Origin: Octopus vulgaris
Taxonomy: Eukaryota
Length of the DNA: 64,000 nt
Reading direction: 5' to 3'
NCBI GenBank assembly: GCA_951406725.2
Contig: OX597816.1
Span: 22,382,001-22,446,000 of the forward strand
The notes beneath the pieces were generated by a model that was given only the letters and a program-made list of their open reading frames with translations, did not search any database and had not been told where the DNA came from. This document shows positions 12,803 through 26,669 of this stretch, one piece after another (positions within the stretch are counted from its first letter, which is position 1; each line of letters starts with the position of its first letter). The position numbers and the translations under genes were made by a program.

Positions 12803-13880
12803 GAGACAGAGGTAGAGAGAGAAAGTGAGTGAGTAAAGGTGTGTGTTATAACCTAATATTTTCTTGCATTTATGTGTAAGGGGCACTCATTTGCTCTCTC
12901 TGCCTCTATGTCTCACTTATTATCTTTCATATACACATACATAAATACATATGCATATATCTTTTTTTTGTATGTATGTGCGTGTGCATGTGAGAGAGAA
13001 AGTGAGTGATTGTATTTCCTCATAACTTATGGAAAAATGGGTGTCGTTTAAGATACACAATCATATTGAAAATATGTCGGCGTCGCCGTATTGGTATAAA
13101 GTGTCGTTTAGGATAGTTGAATTATAGAAACATTATAATGTTAAATATTTGTAATGCAAATATGTAAATGAAAATAAAGTTTATTTCTTACCCGAAAGGT
13201 TACTGAATCTTTTGTTACCCCACCATACGTCAAAAACGGCAACTCTGTTTTCGAATGTATTCGGTAATTTTCGTTAGAATTTTTGTATTTTTTATACTTT
13301 GAAGAGAACAGAAATTGAAAGAGAAACGAAAGTGAAACCGTGACATTTGCTTTGAAGTGAGAGCAGAAAGTGAAAGAGAGGAGAAAGTGAAAGATGTATG
13401 TACGTGTATATGAAATAGGCGTGTGTGAGTGTGTGTATGTGTGTGTGTGTGTGTGTGCGTGTGTGTGTGTGCGCGCGTGTGCACGCGTGTGTGCGTGTGC
13501 GAGAGTGAGGGAGAGAAGGAGAGAGAATGGGGGAGTGAAGGTGTGTGTTTTCATGTATGTGTAAGTGGTACTCCCCGGTCTCTCGCTCTCACACACACAC
13601 ATCTTTCATATACACATATATGAATATATATTTTTTGCATATATATATGTGCGTATGTGTGTGCATATGTGAGAGAGAGAGAGAGAGTGAGTGACTAATT
13701 TCGTCATAACATATAGAGAAATAGATGTCTTTATAGGTACACACACATATAGAAAATACGACGTCACTGTCGTCGTCGTGGCATAAAATGTTTACGATAG
13801 TTTACTTATAGAAAATATTATAATGTAAAGTTTTGGTATCCATGCATCAAAATCGGCAAATCAGTTTTCGAATGCATAAA
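12700..13880. repeat. Old tandem duplication, units about 12700-13265 and 13285-13880
   Basis: Paired blocks: ATCTTTCATATACACATA (about 12922 and 13601), TTATAGAAA..ATTATAATGT (about 13122 and 13806), CGGCAA..TTTTCGAATG (about 13237 and 13854). Confidence 0.75.
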
Positions 13881-13892
13881 GAAGATACACAC

Positions 13893-13923
<31 letters not shown>

Positions 13924-14607
13924 ATCTCTATTTTATGTACATGGAAGACGTCCCTGTCTGTCGTTCTCTCTGTCTATCTTTCACATTCCCTGTGTATCCA
14001 TGTCTACCTGTCGCCTCTCCTTCCCTGATATCAGCCACTCACATTATGCCACATGTTCCTAAACGTAACACTTTTGCACCCCTCTCATTTTATCATGTAA
14101 TGGCCCAATCTCCATGTTCGGTCCATTATCGATTTTTATGGAAATCCAGTTAGCCTATGCTTGAACTAGATGTTAGTTCAACACGCATACAAAGTTTGGT
14201 GAAGATTGCTTCCCTGATATGGGCTACAAGATGGTGATAGACAGAGGGATTGACAGACAGAAATTCCCATTTACATATATATATATTATAAAAAATATGT
14301 ATATGTATATATATATATATATAATATGCATATATGGGTACAAGACGTCACCAACAATAAACAAAATGAAATGCGAAAACAGATGAATTAAATATGCACA
14401 TAACAAGAGAAAAAAGGACAAGTAATTTAAAAAATGACCATTCGACAGTTATCAACTCTCTATCTACTCCCCGTTAGGAGCATATATGCATGTATATGTA
14501 CATATATACATATGCACATATATATGACTGTATATACATATGTATTCTTTTTATCTCTGTTTAATTGTTTCAGCCATCAGACAATGGCCATGCTGGTGCA
14601 CCACCTT

Positions 14608-14997
14608 GCAGGAGTGACTGTCTGGTAAGTAGCTTGCTTACCAACCACATGGTTCCGGGTTCAGTCCCACTGTATGGAACCTTGGGCAAGTGTCTCCTAC
14701 TATAGCCTCGGGCTAACCAAAGCCTTGTGAGTGGATTTGGCAGACGGAAACTAAAAGAAGCCCGTCGTATATATATATGTGTGTGTGTGTGTATGTTTGT
14801 GTGTCTGTGTTTGTCCCCCAGCATCGCTTGACAACCGATGCTGGTGTGTTTACGTCCCCGTAACGTAGCGGTTCGGCAAAAGAGACCGATAGAATAAGTA
14901 CTAGGCTTTCAAAGAATAAGTCCTGGGGTCGATTCGCTCGACTAAAGGTGGTGCTCCAGCATGGCCGCAGTCAAATGGCTAAAACAAATAAAAGAGA
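14608..14997 (+). mobile_element. SINE family G, near full length, with internal (TA)n(TG)n
   Basis: A and B boxes; homologous to 20944-21338, 36262-36660 and 44799-45223. Confidence 0.9.
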
Positions 14998-16489
14998 ATG
15001 TGTAGAGTCTTTTTTTTCAAACCTGGTATTTCTTCTATCGGTCACTTTTGCCAAACCGCTAATTCTAGGAACGTTAATGAAACCGAAAATGCAGATTTAA
15101 TAGTTTCATGATGATGATTTTAAATAATCTCTTTGTTGCCTAATTCCTATAACAGTTTCTAGTATCCAATTTAGTTGGTACATAACTCTGAGCAAACAAT
15201 TCATTCACCATTATATGTTTTAGCTACTTCTTTTAGCAGCGTGCCGATCTTTTGTACCGTAGTAGTGCGCTTTAGTCTGAACCACTGAAAATCCAGATTA
15301 TTTTCCATAAACACCACGGATACACAGAAGAGAATTTGACCCGTCGATTCATTTGCCAATTGTCAAACAAGCTGTCATTTATCAGTTAGATACAATTCTT
15401 CACAGCATTCATAATTAGTTTATACATCTTATATATGATACATGGCTTCATTCAAAACATCGACACAATCTACTGCATATATTCCGCGTATGTAAGAAAC
15501 ACTATTACGCTGCTTGAGCATATTTCCATGTTTCTACTTTTGCGTAATCCCGATCCTCTTATCGCTCTGGTGAGCGCCCTTGAACAACAGAGTAAATGAC
15601 ATATCACACAGAAACAGGATTTACGGACTGACAATCAAACAGCTTCTATAATGCATAATATTAATATTGATGTTTAGTTACAAACAATACACATATTCGT
15701 TCGGTATATTGGAATTAAAATTGTAATACACTGGTGTATGAATATTTCTTTGAAGATGGCGCAAAAATCGCTGGAAACAATAATACCATGATATACAGAG
15801 AAACACAGATCAAAGCTATTCATGAAATGCTAAACACACAAATATGTATGCATAAGCATTTACGTCTTTAAATTACATATAAATACTTGCTTTGAATTGT
15901 GACTTAGTCGATGTTTCCTAACAGTTGTCAACTTTACACCAATGTGAAAAAAGAGGCCCACGTTGTCATGATTTGCTCTTTCTCCGTATCATGACTACGG
16001 ATTCAAGCGAAATTTCGGATGGATATTAATGAAACTGACAGTGTATTCGACTTCCTATGTTTATAGATAAATTGTGAAATATCCTTGGGTTTCATTCCAT
16101 TCTAAATGTATACACGTATGTTTTATTCATCTCAAAAGTATTGAGAAGATCTGAATTTTTTTATGTACCCACTCTTCGAAAAGCATAAAAATTTCGATTT
16201 AAAGATAAATAGTAATTAGTGATAATATAAAAGTATTAATCTCTACACTAATACCAGTACAGTCGTATGCATTCATTACGACATACTCGACAAAATTCTG
16301 GATGTATATATTTCAATAAATTAGCAACACTTCTATCATTTAATATTTGGATGGGCTACGAAAACACAAAAACTACTTAAAATTAACTTAACAAATTCTC
16401 TTAGGTAGTGGTTTCAAGTCAGACATCGCCTGGGCTAATCTTTGACCGAACCATATCTGAGTTATCTAAGTTCTATATAGAAATATATG

Positions 16490-16520
<31 letters not shown>

Positions 16521-17203
16521 GATGAACCTACAGGTTTACTGTAAGTTTAGTAATGTAGTGTATAGCTTAGAGTGTACTGTGTGACGGTGCAGAAACATAA
16601 CAACTACCTAAATTGGAGAGACTGCACGCAGTAGAGGGGAGCCTATAGGTGCACATTGGTGAGAGCACAAAGACAAAGAAGGGGAAAGCTTGTCAGTGCT
16701 CTACCAACTTGCTCAGACAGAACAGAACAGTGTAGAGGCTAAAATACTATCGACACATAGAACTGGCACAACACTTAGACAGATCACAGAGGCTACACAC
16801 GTAACATTAGACAGATCGAGCCTCAGTAGAAAACACGAATGGAAGAGGTACACCTATCACCACACCACACCACATGACTAAAGACAGTAGGGATGAGAAG
16901 AGAGAGGGAAAAAAGAAAACCGTAAATACTAAACAGAAACATGCAGGGTAATACGCACACAATAAACATATATGCCCTTAGCCATGATACATATAAGAAA
17001 TAGAGATAGATGCATAAAATAGTAATAAGTAAATATATAAGTAGAAAAATAAATAAATATGTGAATATATCTGCCATATAGCTGTGATAATTATAAGACA
17101 TAGAGATAGATAAAATAAATAAATAAAACTATATAAAGGGCATCGATACATACAACACTCGAGGCGAACCCATACACACGCACAAACACACACATACAAT
17201 TTC

Positions 17204-17392
17204 ATGGACGTCAATAGCAATGTCGATAACACAACTAACATCGTCAGCAGCAGCGGCGGTGACAACGTTGGCAATAACAACAACAACAACTACCACGATG
17301 GCGACAGCATGGGCGAACACACATACACAGAGGAATATAAGAACTGTACCATGTCTTTTTTTCGGGATTTAGGACAGCAGCAGCAGAGTGAG
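17204..17392 (+). CDS. Candidate first coding exon of an unidentified gene (63 codons, Asn/Ser/Gln-rich)
   Basis: TATATAAA at 17130-17137, ATG at 17204, open frame MDVNSNVDNTTNIVSSSGG...SFFRDLGQQQQSE, donor-like GAG|GTGAGA at 17392/17393; no downstream exon identified. Confidence 0.3.
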
Positions 17393-18602
17393 GTGAGAGG
17401 AAGGGATTCAGGGGAAGGCCACACTGCTGTTAGGAACTATGATACACACATAAGCATGCACACAGAAATAGACACACACACATAAACAAGGACACAAACG
17501 CATGCGTATATAAGGATACACATCTTAGAACTGAATGGAGTAAGTGGAGCAAAAACACACACGAAAACCTAAAGTGTCGCTGAAGAGGTACCAGAGATGT
17601 GACGAAAGATTTCCGGCCAATGGACATGATAAAATAAGAACTGTAATAAATGACTTAAGAAAAAATATAGAATACGTATATTTATTCGGCAAAAAAATTG
17701 AGCACCCCGAAGTACAACAATATCAATTTTAACACGCGCTTTCCCATCGGGAATCTTTCAAAACGAATATATATACATATATATATAAATATAAGAGGGT
17801 GACCACCATGTGATCTACTCTAGCACTAAAAATAGATCCGCAAGGTTTCAGCCACAAAAGAAATTGTTTCCGTTGAAAGTTAGCACTAATACCAGCGCAA
17901 ATGAACAGGGCAAATAAACATAATAAAATGTAGATTAGTTCGAGACAATTGTTTCGCTATTAATAAATTATGTGGTTTTACTTACATAAATTTATCTGTA
18001 GCTCCTCAGTAGTTTCCTGCTATTAAGATACTTGAGTAGACATATTTATAAAATAGGCCACATATCTTAAAGCAATCTTTCTGTTTATGTATTATATCTT
18101 AAAAGCAGAAAATCAGAAGAAAAAAACGTGGAAAGAAACACAGAAAGACGTGAAGAAAGTTGGTGCAGAAAATGGAACGGGGAAAAAGAGGCGAAATCAA
18201 GAAAACTATGACTTTTGTCTTAATTTCTTGATTTCGTTTCCTTTTTCTCGTTCCATTTTTTGCACCAAACTTCATGTCTTCTCCAAATTTTTTCCTATTT
18301 TCTTAATGTCCAGCGTCCTTGTTTTTAACACATATGTATATAACGCATAAAAACATTGTTGGAAGATAAATGGCATATTTTATAAATATGCGCCTTTAAG
18401 TATCATAATAGCCTGAAACAATTAGCAGCTCTTTCGGTTGAGTATTTATATTGATATTCATCTCTCCCTGGATGGAGTACATATGAACACATAAATGAAA
18501 TTCTACCGAAACAGGTATCATAAATTTTAAAGGATATATGTTTCCACCCTACCTCCTCTCTTTCTCTCTGTATTTGTATATATATATATATATATATATT
18601 CG

Positions 18603-18979
18603 TTGCACTCCGTCGGTTGCGACGACGTGGCTTCCAGTTGATCCGATCAAGGGAACAGCCTACTCGTGATATTAACGTGCAAGTAGCTGAGCAGTCCACA
18701 GACACGTGTACCCTTAACGTAGATCTCGGGTTGATTCAGCGTGACACAAAGTGTGACAAAGCTGGCCCTTTGAGATACAGGTACAACAGAAACAGGAAGA
18801 ATTAGTGAAAGTTGTGGTGAAAGAGTGCAGCAGGGTTCGTCACCAAACTCTGCCGGAGTCTCGTGGAGCTTTTGGTGCTTTCGCTCAATAACGACTCACA
18901 ATGCCCAGGCTGGGAACCAAAACCGCGATCCTACGACCTCGAGTCCACTGTCCTAAACCCTGGGCCATTGCGCCTCCAC
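18603..18979 (-). mobile_element. SINE family A, full length
   Basis: Homologous to 562-941. Confidence 0.9.
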
Positions 18980-20083
18980 ACACACACACACACTACACAC
19001 ACGTGTGTGTGCATGTATGTTAAGTTTGACTTATGATTTTAAGATTAGGGATTTAATGCTTTCTTCACTCTCAGACTAATCTCCCAGTAAGTTGTTATAA
19101 ATTCTTTTGAACACCTCACTCCACTGTAATACAACATATATTCATGTGTGCACATGTGTATATGTATGTGTTTGTGTATGTGTATGTAAGTGTGTGTGCG
19201 TGTGTCTATGCATTTTGTTTGTGTCCTTTTTCTAAATAGGGAATAGGTAAGCATATATCTCTGTATACACAAATATAACCGATACTCTGCGCAAAAGATT
19301 GTTAAAATTGATCAGACTTCTAAAAGATTATTTCGCGGCAGTAAATATTTTTTTCATCACATTACAATTATAATGTGCGATAGACACGTGAGAGAGAAAA
19401 AAATATCTAGACATGCTCGATAGAGATTTTTCAGAAGTTATTCCACTGTTTGAAGTTTTACTTGTGTTTCACATTGTATCACGCTGATTCTGGCTTAGAT
19501 TCCTGTTAACCACATAATTTTGTATGAGATACTCAGCCACTTAGACAGTTATTCAATAAGTAGGCACTTCACATGGTCGACCAAGTGAAACATTACGTTA
19601 TATTACGTATGTTTTATAGAAACAAAAACACATATGCTAATACAAGTATTAAGAACACAGCATTCTCCAAGCCATTTCACACACACAGACATATCTGTAT
19701 TTGTGGGAATGTGCATACCTGTCTTTCTTTGCATGTCCTTTTGCATATATATATATATATATATATATGAGGAGAGGAGGAAGGAGAGATGAGTGAGATA
19801 GCATGGGAATGTATGAGTTTTCTGGGAAACCTAAAGGGGCAATAACGTAAGCAATCCGTGCAGAATGGCTGATAAAAATGGAAAAAGAAAAAAAAAACAG
19901 ATTTTTATTTACTGCGTTATTGGATTTGGCAACGGATGAGTTGAAAAATATAGAAAATGTTTAATAGAAATCAAAGGTAGACTTGTAATGCAAATCTACC
20001 GCATAGTCCAATTTAATTTGCTTTTAGTTTTAGGGTGCATGATTGCAGAACAGATGTTCAAATAAACGGTCGAACATTACGCT

Positions 20084-20086
<3 letters not shown>

Positions 20087-20180
<94 letters not shown>

Positions 20181-20197
20181 CATATATATATATATAC

Positions 20198-20271
<74 letters not shown>
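20087..20271. repeat. (TA)n microsatellite; similar arrays at about 24200-24560, 26150-26450, 29865-29945, 43940-44110, 46605-46745, 52285-52386, 55820-56165 and 60495-60720
   Basis: Seen directly; source of the YIYIYI ORFs. Confidence 0.95.
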
Positions 20272-20943
20272 GAATTTGCAATTGCTATTGCTTAGATATA
20301 TACATACATATATACATACATATATATAAATATAGATATATATTGTAGAAAAATAAATGCGAATACAATAAAATATATAAAATGTGTGTATATATGTACA
20401 CATAAAACCATATTATAAGCAAGACAAAGTTAATTATAGTAAGAGGGAAATGCATGGAAAAAAAAAAACTGAAAGAAACGAAAGGAAAACAAATACTTTT
20501 AGAGTGTTTATTCAGCTTTTGAAACACGTAAACATAATTGATTGGAAAATATTGGATTTTCTAATCTCTCTCTGATCAAATCAAAACGTTTATAGCTCTA
20601 ACAACCACACAGTAAAAGGCTAATAAAAACAAAACATTAATTTTCATTCTTGTTTTTGTAGTTTTTTACTTTTGGTTGCTGTTTTTGTTTTTATTTTTCT
20701 TCTTCTCCATTTCACAGTGTTACACGTGGAAATAACTGCTGTAACTCCATCGAAAATCCTCTGTATTAAAACTGCAGTTACTGCTAACCCTGCTGTTGCC
20801 GCAGCCTTTATTCAAACGATATTTATAATTAAAATAACTGCAACGAGTTAACGGTGATGCCTATATGTCCTTAAAAGTAGTAAGCCCGGCTCACACTCAG
20901 ATTGCATGCAACCATTTTCTATCACATGCATTCTATTACATGT

Positions 20944-21338
20944 ACTCTTTTACTCTTTCACTTGTTTCAGTCATTTTTCTCTGCGGCCCTGCTAGAGCAC
21001 CACCTTTTGTCGAGCAAATCGACCACAGGACTTATTCTTTGTAAGCCTAGTACTTATTCTATCAGTCTCTTTTGTCAAACCGCTAAATTACGGGGACGTA
21101 AACACATCAGCATCGGTTGTCAAGTATGTTGGGGGGACAAACACAGACACAAACACACATATACATATGTACGACGGGCTTCTTTCAGTTTCCGTCTACC
21201 AAATCCATTCACAAGGTTTGGTCGGCCCGGGCAAGTGTCTTGCATAGTAGAAGACACTTGCCAAAGGTACCACGCAGTGGGACTGAACCCGGAACCATTT
21301 GGTAAGCAAGCCACTTACCACACTGCCACTTCTGCGCC
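20944..21338 (-). mobile_element. SINE family G
   Basis: Reverse complement of 14608-14997. Confidence 0.9.
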
Positions 21339-21481
21339 TATATATATACTTATAAAATTTGTATTGCTTATAACATAAGCATATTCGATTCTTAGATATA
21401 CTTGATCGAAAAAATTGTAGTACTCGATTGAGGAACATTTTAGTATTGATTGTATGATAGGAAAATTTCAATCCAGAGTTA

Positions 21482-21865
21482 TCTCTCTCTATATAAACGG
21501 CAGTTTGTCTGTGCGTGTTTCTGTGTGTCTGTTTTCTCGTACCCTCACTCTGACCACGGCTTTCAACCGATTCTGATGAAACTTGACACACACATAGCCC
21601 AATGTCATAATTCAAAACTAACGCAGCGAAAATTTTGAAAAGTTCCCCCAGTTCTGAAAAAAATCGATAAATTCGACATGGGGTCGAGAATTAGAAACCC
21701 AAACCACAGACCGTCTAGGGGACGCAACTCTACCTTTTTTAACTCTCAAAAAAAATTTACCATCATTTTTTTCCATTTTTTTGCTATTTTTTGGCTATAA
21801 CTCTCTAAAAATGCTTTATAGTTATTTCCCTTACAAACCTGAGCAACGCCGGGCGATACTGCTAG
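21482..21865 (+). mobile_element. Non-autonomous Helitron (family E)
   Basis: A|TCTCTCTCTATATAAACGGC ... CCTGAGCAACGCCGGG subterminal hairpin ... CTAG|T; inserted between A and T with no TSD; near-identical to 36901-37283. Confidence 0.9.
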
Positions 21866-22514
21866 TTTGAAATAAAGAGGTAATTTTTGAAGCAAAGCCA
21901 TTATTTATTCTGAGGAGGAAGTCATTTGCATTGCACCCCCGTACACAACTTATACTCATTTTATATTCCTCGAAGGGACAAAAAGCAAAAGTCTACCTCG
22001 GTGGCATATGAACTCACAAAGTAAACACAGAAAGAAATGCGTTGAGCATTTTGTCCAATATGCCATTTCGCCGCTGTTAGACATGATTAAGTGTTGCAAT
22101 AACTTTTGCTTTCACATTACTGATCTAACAATAGTTAACGGCCCCATTCCGTGGCTATTTACCCCTTTTATAAATGGGCTTAGGTTTCTTAGTTGCGCAT
22201 AGATCTAGAAAACCTGGATGCAGTGATTTCGAGTGCCAACGATTTTAATTTTCTTCACGGTTGTTCGATAAACATCATGAAATGGTTGCATGAATACAGG
22301 CGCAAAATATATCTCTTTTATTTAGGCTAATTTTTATACTAATTTTCAATTTAAATAAGTACAAAATACCATAATAATCTTAAGTCTCTCACTTTACAAT
22401 TTCATTATCGAAAATTGGGATGAAATAGTCACTTTCCTTTCTTGATTAATTAATGATGTCGGCAGTTTAAGGGTTAAATCGTATCACTTCAAATTGTTTC
22501 ATTACTTTAAAAGA

Positions 22515-22748
22515 AATTCCTTTTCTACTCTAGGCAAAAGACCCGAAATTTGGGGGGAGGGGACCAGTCGATTAGATTAACCTCAGTACGCAACTGGTAC
22601 TTAATTTATCGACCCCGAAAGGATGAAAAGCAAAATCGAATCGGCGGAATTTGAACTCAGAACGTAGCGACAGACGAAATACCGCAAAGCATTCTGCCTG
22701 GCGTGCCTGTTTCTGTCAGCGTGCCCGTTTCTGCCAGCTCGCCGCCTT
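22515..22748 (-). mobile_element. SINE family B, tail 2
   Basis: Family B head and central domain; AAAAGAAATTCC occurs on both flanks (possible TSD). Confidence 0.85.
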
Positions 22749-23091
22749 ATTATGTTAAAAGAAATTCCGTACAAGGAATATATGCTCAACAACTAAAAAT
22801 ATTTTCAGCAACAAGAAATATTCTCCTATAGATATTCTAAAGACTTTTTGAGTAGGTTAACCGTTCAATTTTAATCTACTTGGCCAATAATTTACTTCCT
22901 TCATGCAAAACCATAAAGCAACAGCAAATGCTTACCCTGTTAATAAAAGGCAAAGTCCCTACTAAAGCATTCTTAGAGTGAAAGCGTGTTAGTATTAGTA
23001 TCTACAAATATGCTTTCAAGGACAGGTATATGTATACACACTCACACACACACACACACACATATATACATATATATGTATGTGTGTGTGT

Positions 23092-23131
<40 letters not shown>

Positions 23132-23641
23132 GTGTGTGTACAGATATGTATATATAGATATATTTCTTTTCATTCTTTTATGTGTTTCAGCCTTGAGGCT
23201 GCGGTAAATGTCGAACGAAGAAATGAGCGCTCAACATTACATTAATGGATATATAATTTCATTGTTTGTGAATTAAGGCTACCATTTTTTTCATGTTAGG
23301 AAAAGTAGGTAAATATAGTAGTGTCTTAACAATTAAAACACTGTAATATTTCCCTACATTACTTAACATGAAACCTATGGTATATATATGTGTGTGTGTG
23401 CCTGTGTGCGTGTATGCGTATGTACGCGTGTGTGTATGATGTACGTATCGATGTATGTATACATGCTTTGTATGCATGTATATATTTATAAATGTATATA
23501 TACATATATATATTTATTTATATTAATATAAATAAATATATTTAAAGGGAATAATTACAATTTCTTCCTAATAAGGTTTTTCACGATGGCTATTTGATAA
23601 ATTCTTATAAATATTTTATCCTATATATATATGTGTATGTA

Positions 23642-23672
<31 letters not shown>

Positions 23673-24196
23673 ATATATATATATGTATGTATGTGTGTAT
23701 GCATTACTATCTCTAAATACGCTTGCTCACACACACATATATTTGCGTATCCACCTTTTAAATACTTCGCACGGTGAGAAAGCGTTTACATGTAATAGAA
23801 CTACATAAAACTTAAAATTACCTACACATATTAGGAATAAGTACGAAAGCAATACAAATCGTTATCTATTCAGTTAGTTGAACAATACAATCATAAACAG
23901 AAACAAGAAATATATATATATAGGTGCATAACTTATTATATACGTGCGTCACTTATTTGTTTGTTGTTCAAAGAAAAGGCAAAGCTTAATTGTTGCAATG
24001 TTTTGATTTTCTTCTATCTTCGGACAGTGTGAAGAATGCAGAGAGAGGTGGAAAGACGCGCAAGAATTGGAAAGCGAGAAAAAAGGGTGATAAACAGTTT
24101 GAAAGTACAAACCAAAGGATATAGATATGTCTGGTTGGTCTACCTTATCTATCTATTTATTTATCTGTGCATCTACATCTAGGTAGCTATAAACCC

Positions 24197-24257
<61 letters not shown>

Positions 24258-24472
24258 TCGTGTGAGTGTCTGAGAATGTGTTTGTGTATATCTATATATA
24301 TATATACATATATATGTACATGTGTGTGTATGTATATACATATGTACACACACACAAATATATATGTATATATATATTTATATATATATGTATATATATA
24401 TGTGCATATATATATATATATATGTATACATACATATATACATATATATATATGAATACATATATACACATA

Positions 24473-24534
<62 letters not shown>

Positions 24535-24981
24535 TATATGAATATATATATATATATAACGTATCGATAATGAACGAGTAATTTCAAAATCAAAAACAAT
24601 AAATATCAAAGAACGTATTCACAGATGTTGTTTGTTTAATGCTCCAAGAATGTCATGGGGTCTAATTTAAAAGGAAACACAGCACGTTTTGCACATAACT
24701 GTTCGTCGGTTATATAGTAAAAATTTATTGTCTTGGTGTATTAATCCGTCAATTCGACCTCTGTGTCACATGTGATAATGCTGGAAGAGTGTGTGGCCAA
24801 CGAAGTGTTTTGTCAAATTATATGATGGACAACAGTGAACTTTGAATAAGTAGACGTGGAACACACATTGAGACAAATAAATCTTTCAATTGAAGCATTT
24901 AAGCAACGAAAAACGAATTCGATTTCTCCTCTACAAATCTCAAAATTGAACAGATAAACTGTGCCCTTTTACAATCTAAGT

Positions 24982-25205
24982 AGTATGGTGTAGTGGCTTA
25001 GAACGTGAGCTACTAACCTCAAGATTCTGAGTTCGATTCCAAGCAGTGACCTGAATAATAATAATGACATCGAAAACTACTTTAGGAATGAGAACCGAGG
25101 TTCGAAAGACACCTGATGATTGCTGGAGGGTATATCAGCCGAAACGTTGTATTAACAACAAACAAGATGAGGACAAATATCCGTCAAATGTAAATGATGT
25201 AAATT
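24982..25205 (+). mobile_element. SINE family C (tRNA head + hammerhead)
   Basis: TATGGTGTAGTGGCTTAG A box, GAGTTCGATTCC B box, ACACCTGATGATTGCTGGAGGGTATATCAGCCGAAACGTTGT. Confidence 0.85.
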
Positions 25206-25882
25206 ATGTACCTAAATAAATATTGATGTTTTTAATTTATCACATCAAGTATTTCTGTATTCTTTATGATATTTGCTCTCTTACTTTTGATGATCCCTAT
25301 GAGATAGGAATAAAATCTGATATGCATATCAGCAATATATTTACATTCGCCCGTCTTTTGCAAACGCCAAATTTAAACACTCGCAATGTATATTGGATTG
25401 AAAATGGAAAGTAGAATATACAATAACGTTCTCCTGTGGGGGTAAGAGTGATAAACAGTTGCCAAGCAACCAACATAGAATTTCATATTCAAACAAAAAA
25501 TAATAATTTATTCAGTTATTAACTTTTGCAACATACCAAGTCTAAGATTTATAATAGTGTAATATACAATGAGGTTATTGTGTATACAGAGTTAAATTGT
25601 GAATTGTTTATTATGCATTTTCTGATGCGCAGAATCGGGAAGTTCACATTGAATTTTAACTTTATTTGATAAGAGATTATATGCGGCACACTTAGGGAAG
25701 AACAGGTGCAAGTCAATAAATCTGTGTATGCAGGTAATATGCGATTACAAACACGTTTGCGTTTCTTTGTTGTTTAACATGGAGCTTATCTGCAGGTTTT
25801 CTATCAGTTAATCTATCGAACTACACACTAGCATATATATGTGTGTGTGAGTGTAAGTGTGTATCTGTGTGTGTGTGAGTGT

Positions 25883-25924
<42 letters not shown>

Positions 25925-26149
25925 CTAAATATATGCATATATTATAGAAATATTATTATAGAAATATACAGAAATATATCTATATAGGCATAGGCAGAGT
26001 ATGTGTAAATATACATATAATATATACACACGCACACACACGCTCATATCCGCGCGCGCACAGACACACACATATACTCATCTCATATACACACGTGCGC
26101 ATGTATAATTCCCTTCTCTCCACCGCTTTCGTACTAATATACTTACACA

Positions 26150-26239
<90 letters not shown>

Positions 26240-26269
26240 TATATATATATGTATAATTTTCTATGTATG

Positions 26270-26355
<86 letters not shown>

Positions 26356-26374
26356 AATACATATATGTATATAT

Positions 26375-26405
<31 letters not shown>

Positions 26406-26416
26406 CATACATATAT

Positions 26417-26450
<34 letters not shown>

Positions 26451-26669
26451 CAACAACAACAACGACAACGTTCATATATCGTACTTGCTTATTCAGAAGA
26501 CGGTATATAATGATGTCAATATAAAAACGTCTCTATTTCGATGCACGTAGTTCAATGCTTTGTCCCAAATTGTTGTTTCCTCTGCTTGTTAAACGACTAT
26601 TTATGGAATTTTCCACTCTCGCATATTTACATAATGAATGTATATATTTCTACACATATATTAAAATGC

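Noticed and set aside
15748-15782. TTGAAGATGGCG..CGCTGGAAAC, hammerhead-like
   Set aside because: Core lacks the C, stem II is weak and stem I is unconvincing; single copy
20030-20403. ORFs of [18 protein letters not shown] and YLSI type here and throughout the window
   Set aside because: Translations of (TA)n, (TG)n and (GATA)n microsatellites
23165-23210. Apparent micro-exon TTTCAG|CCTTGAGGCTGCG|GTAAAT
   Set aside because: Resembles the reverse-complemented 3' end of SINE G (TGTTTCAGTCATTTGACTGCGG); no other support
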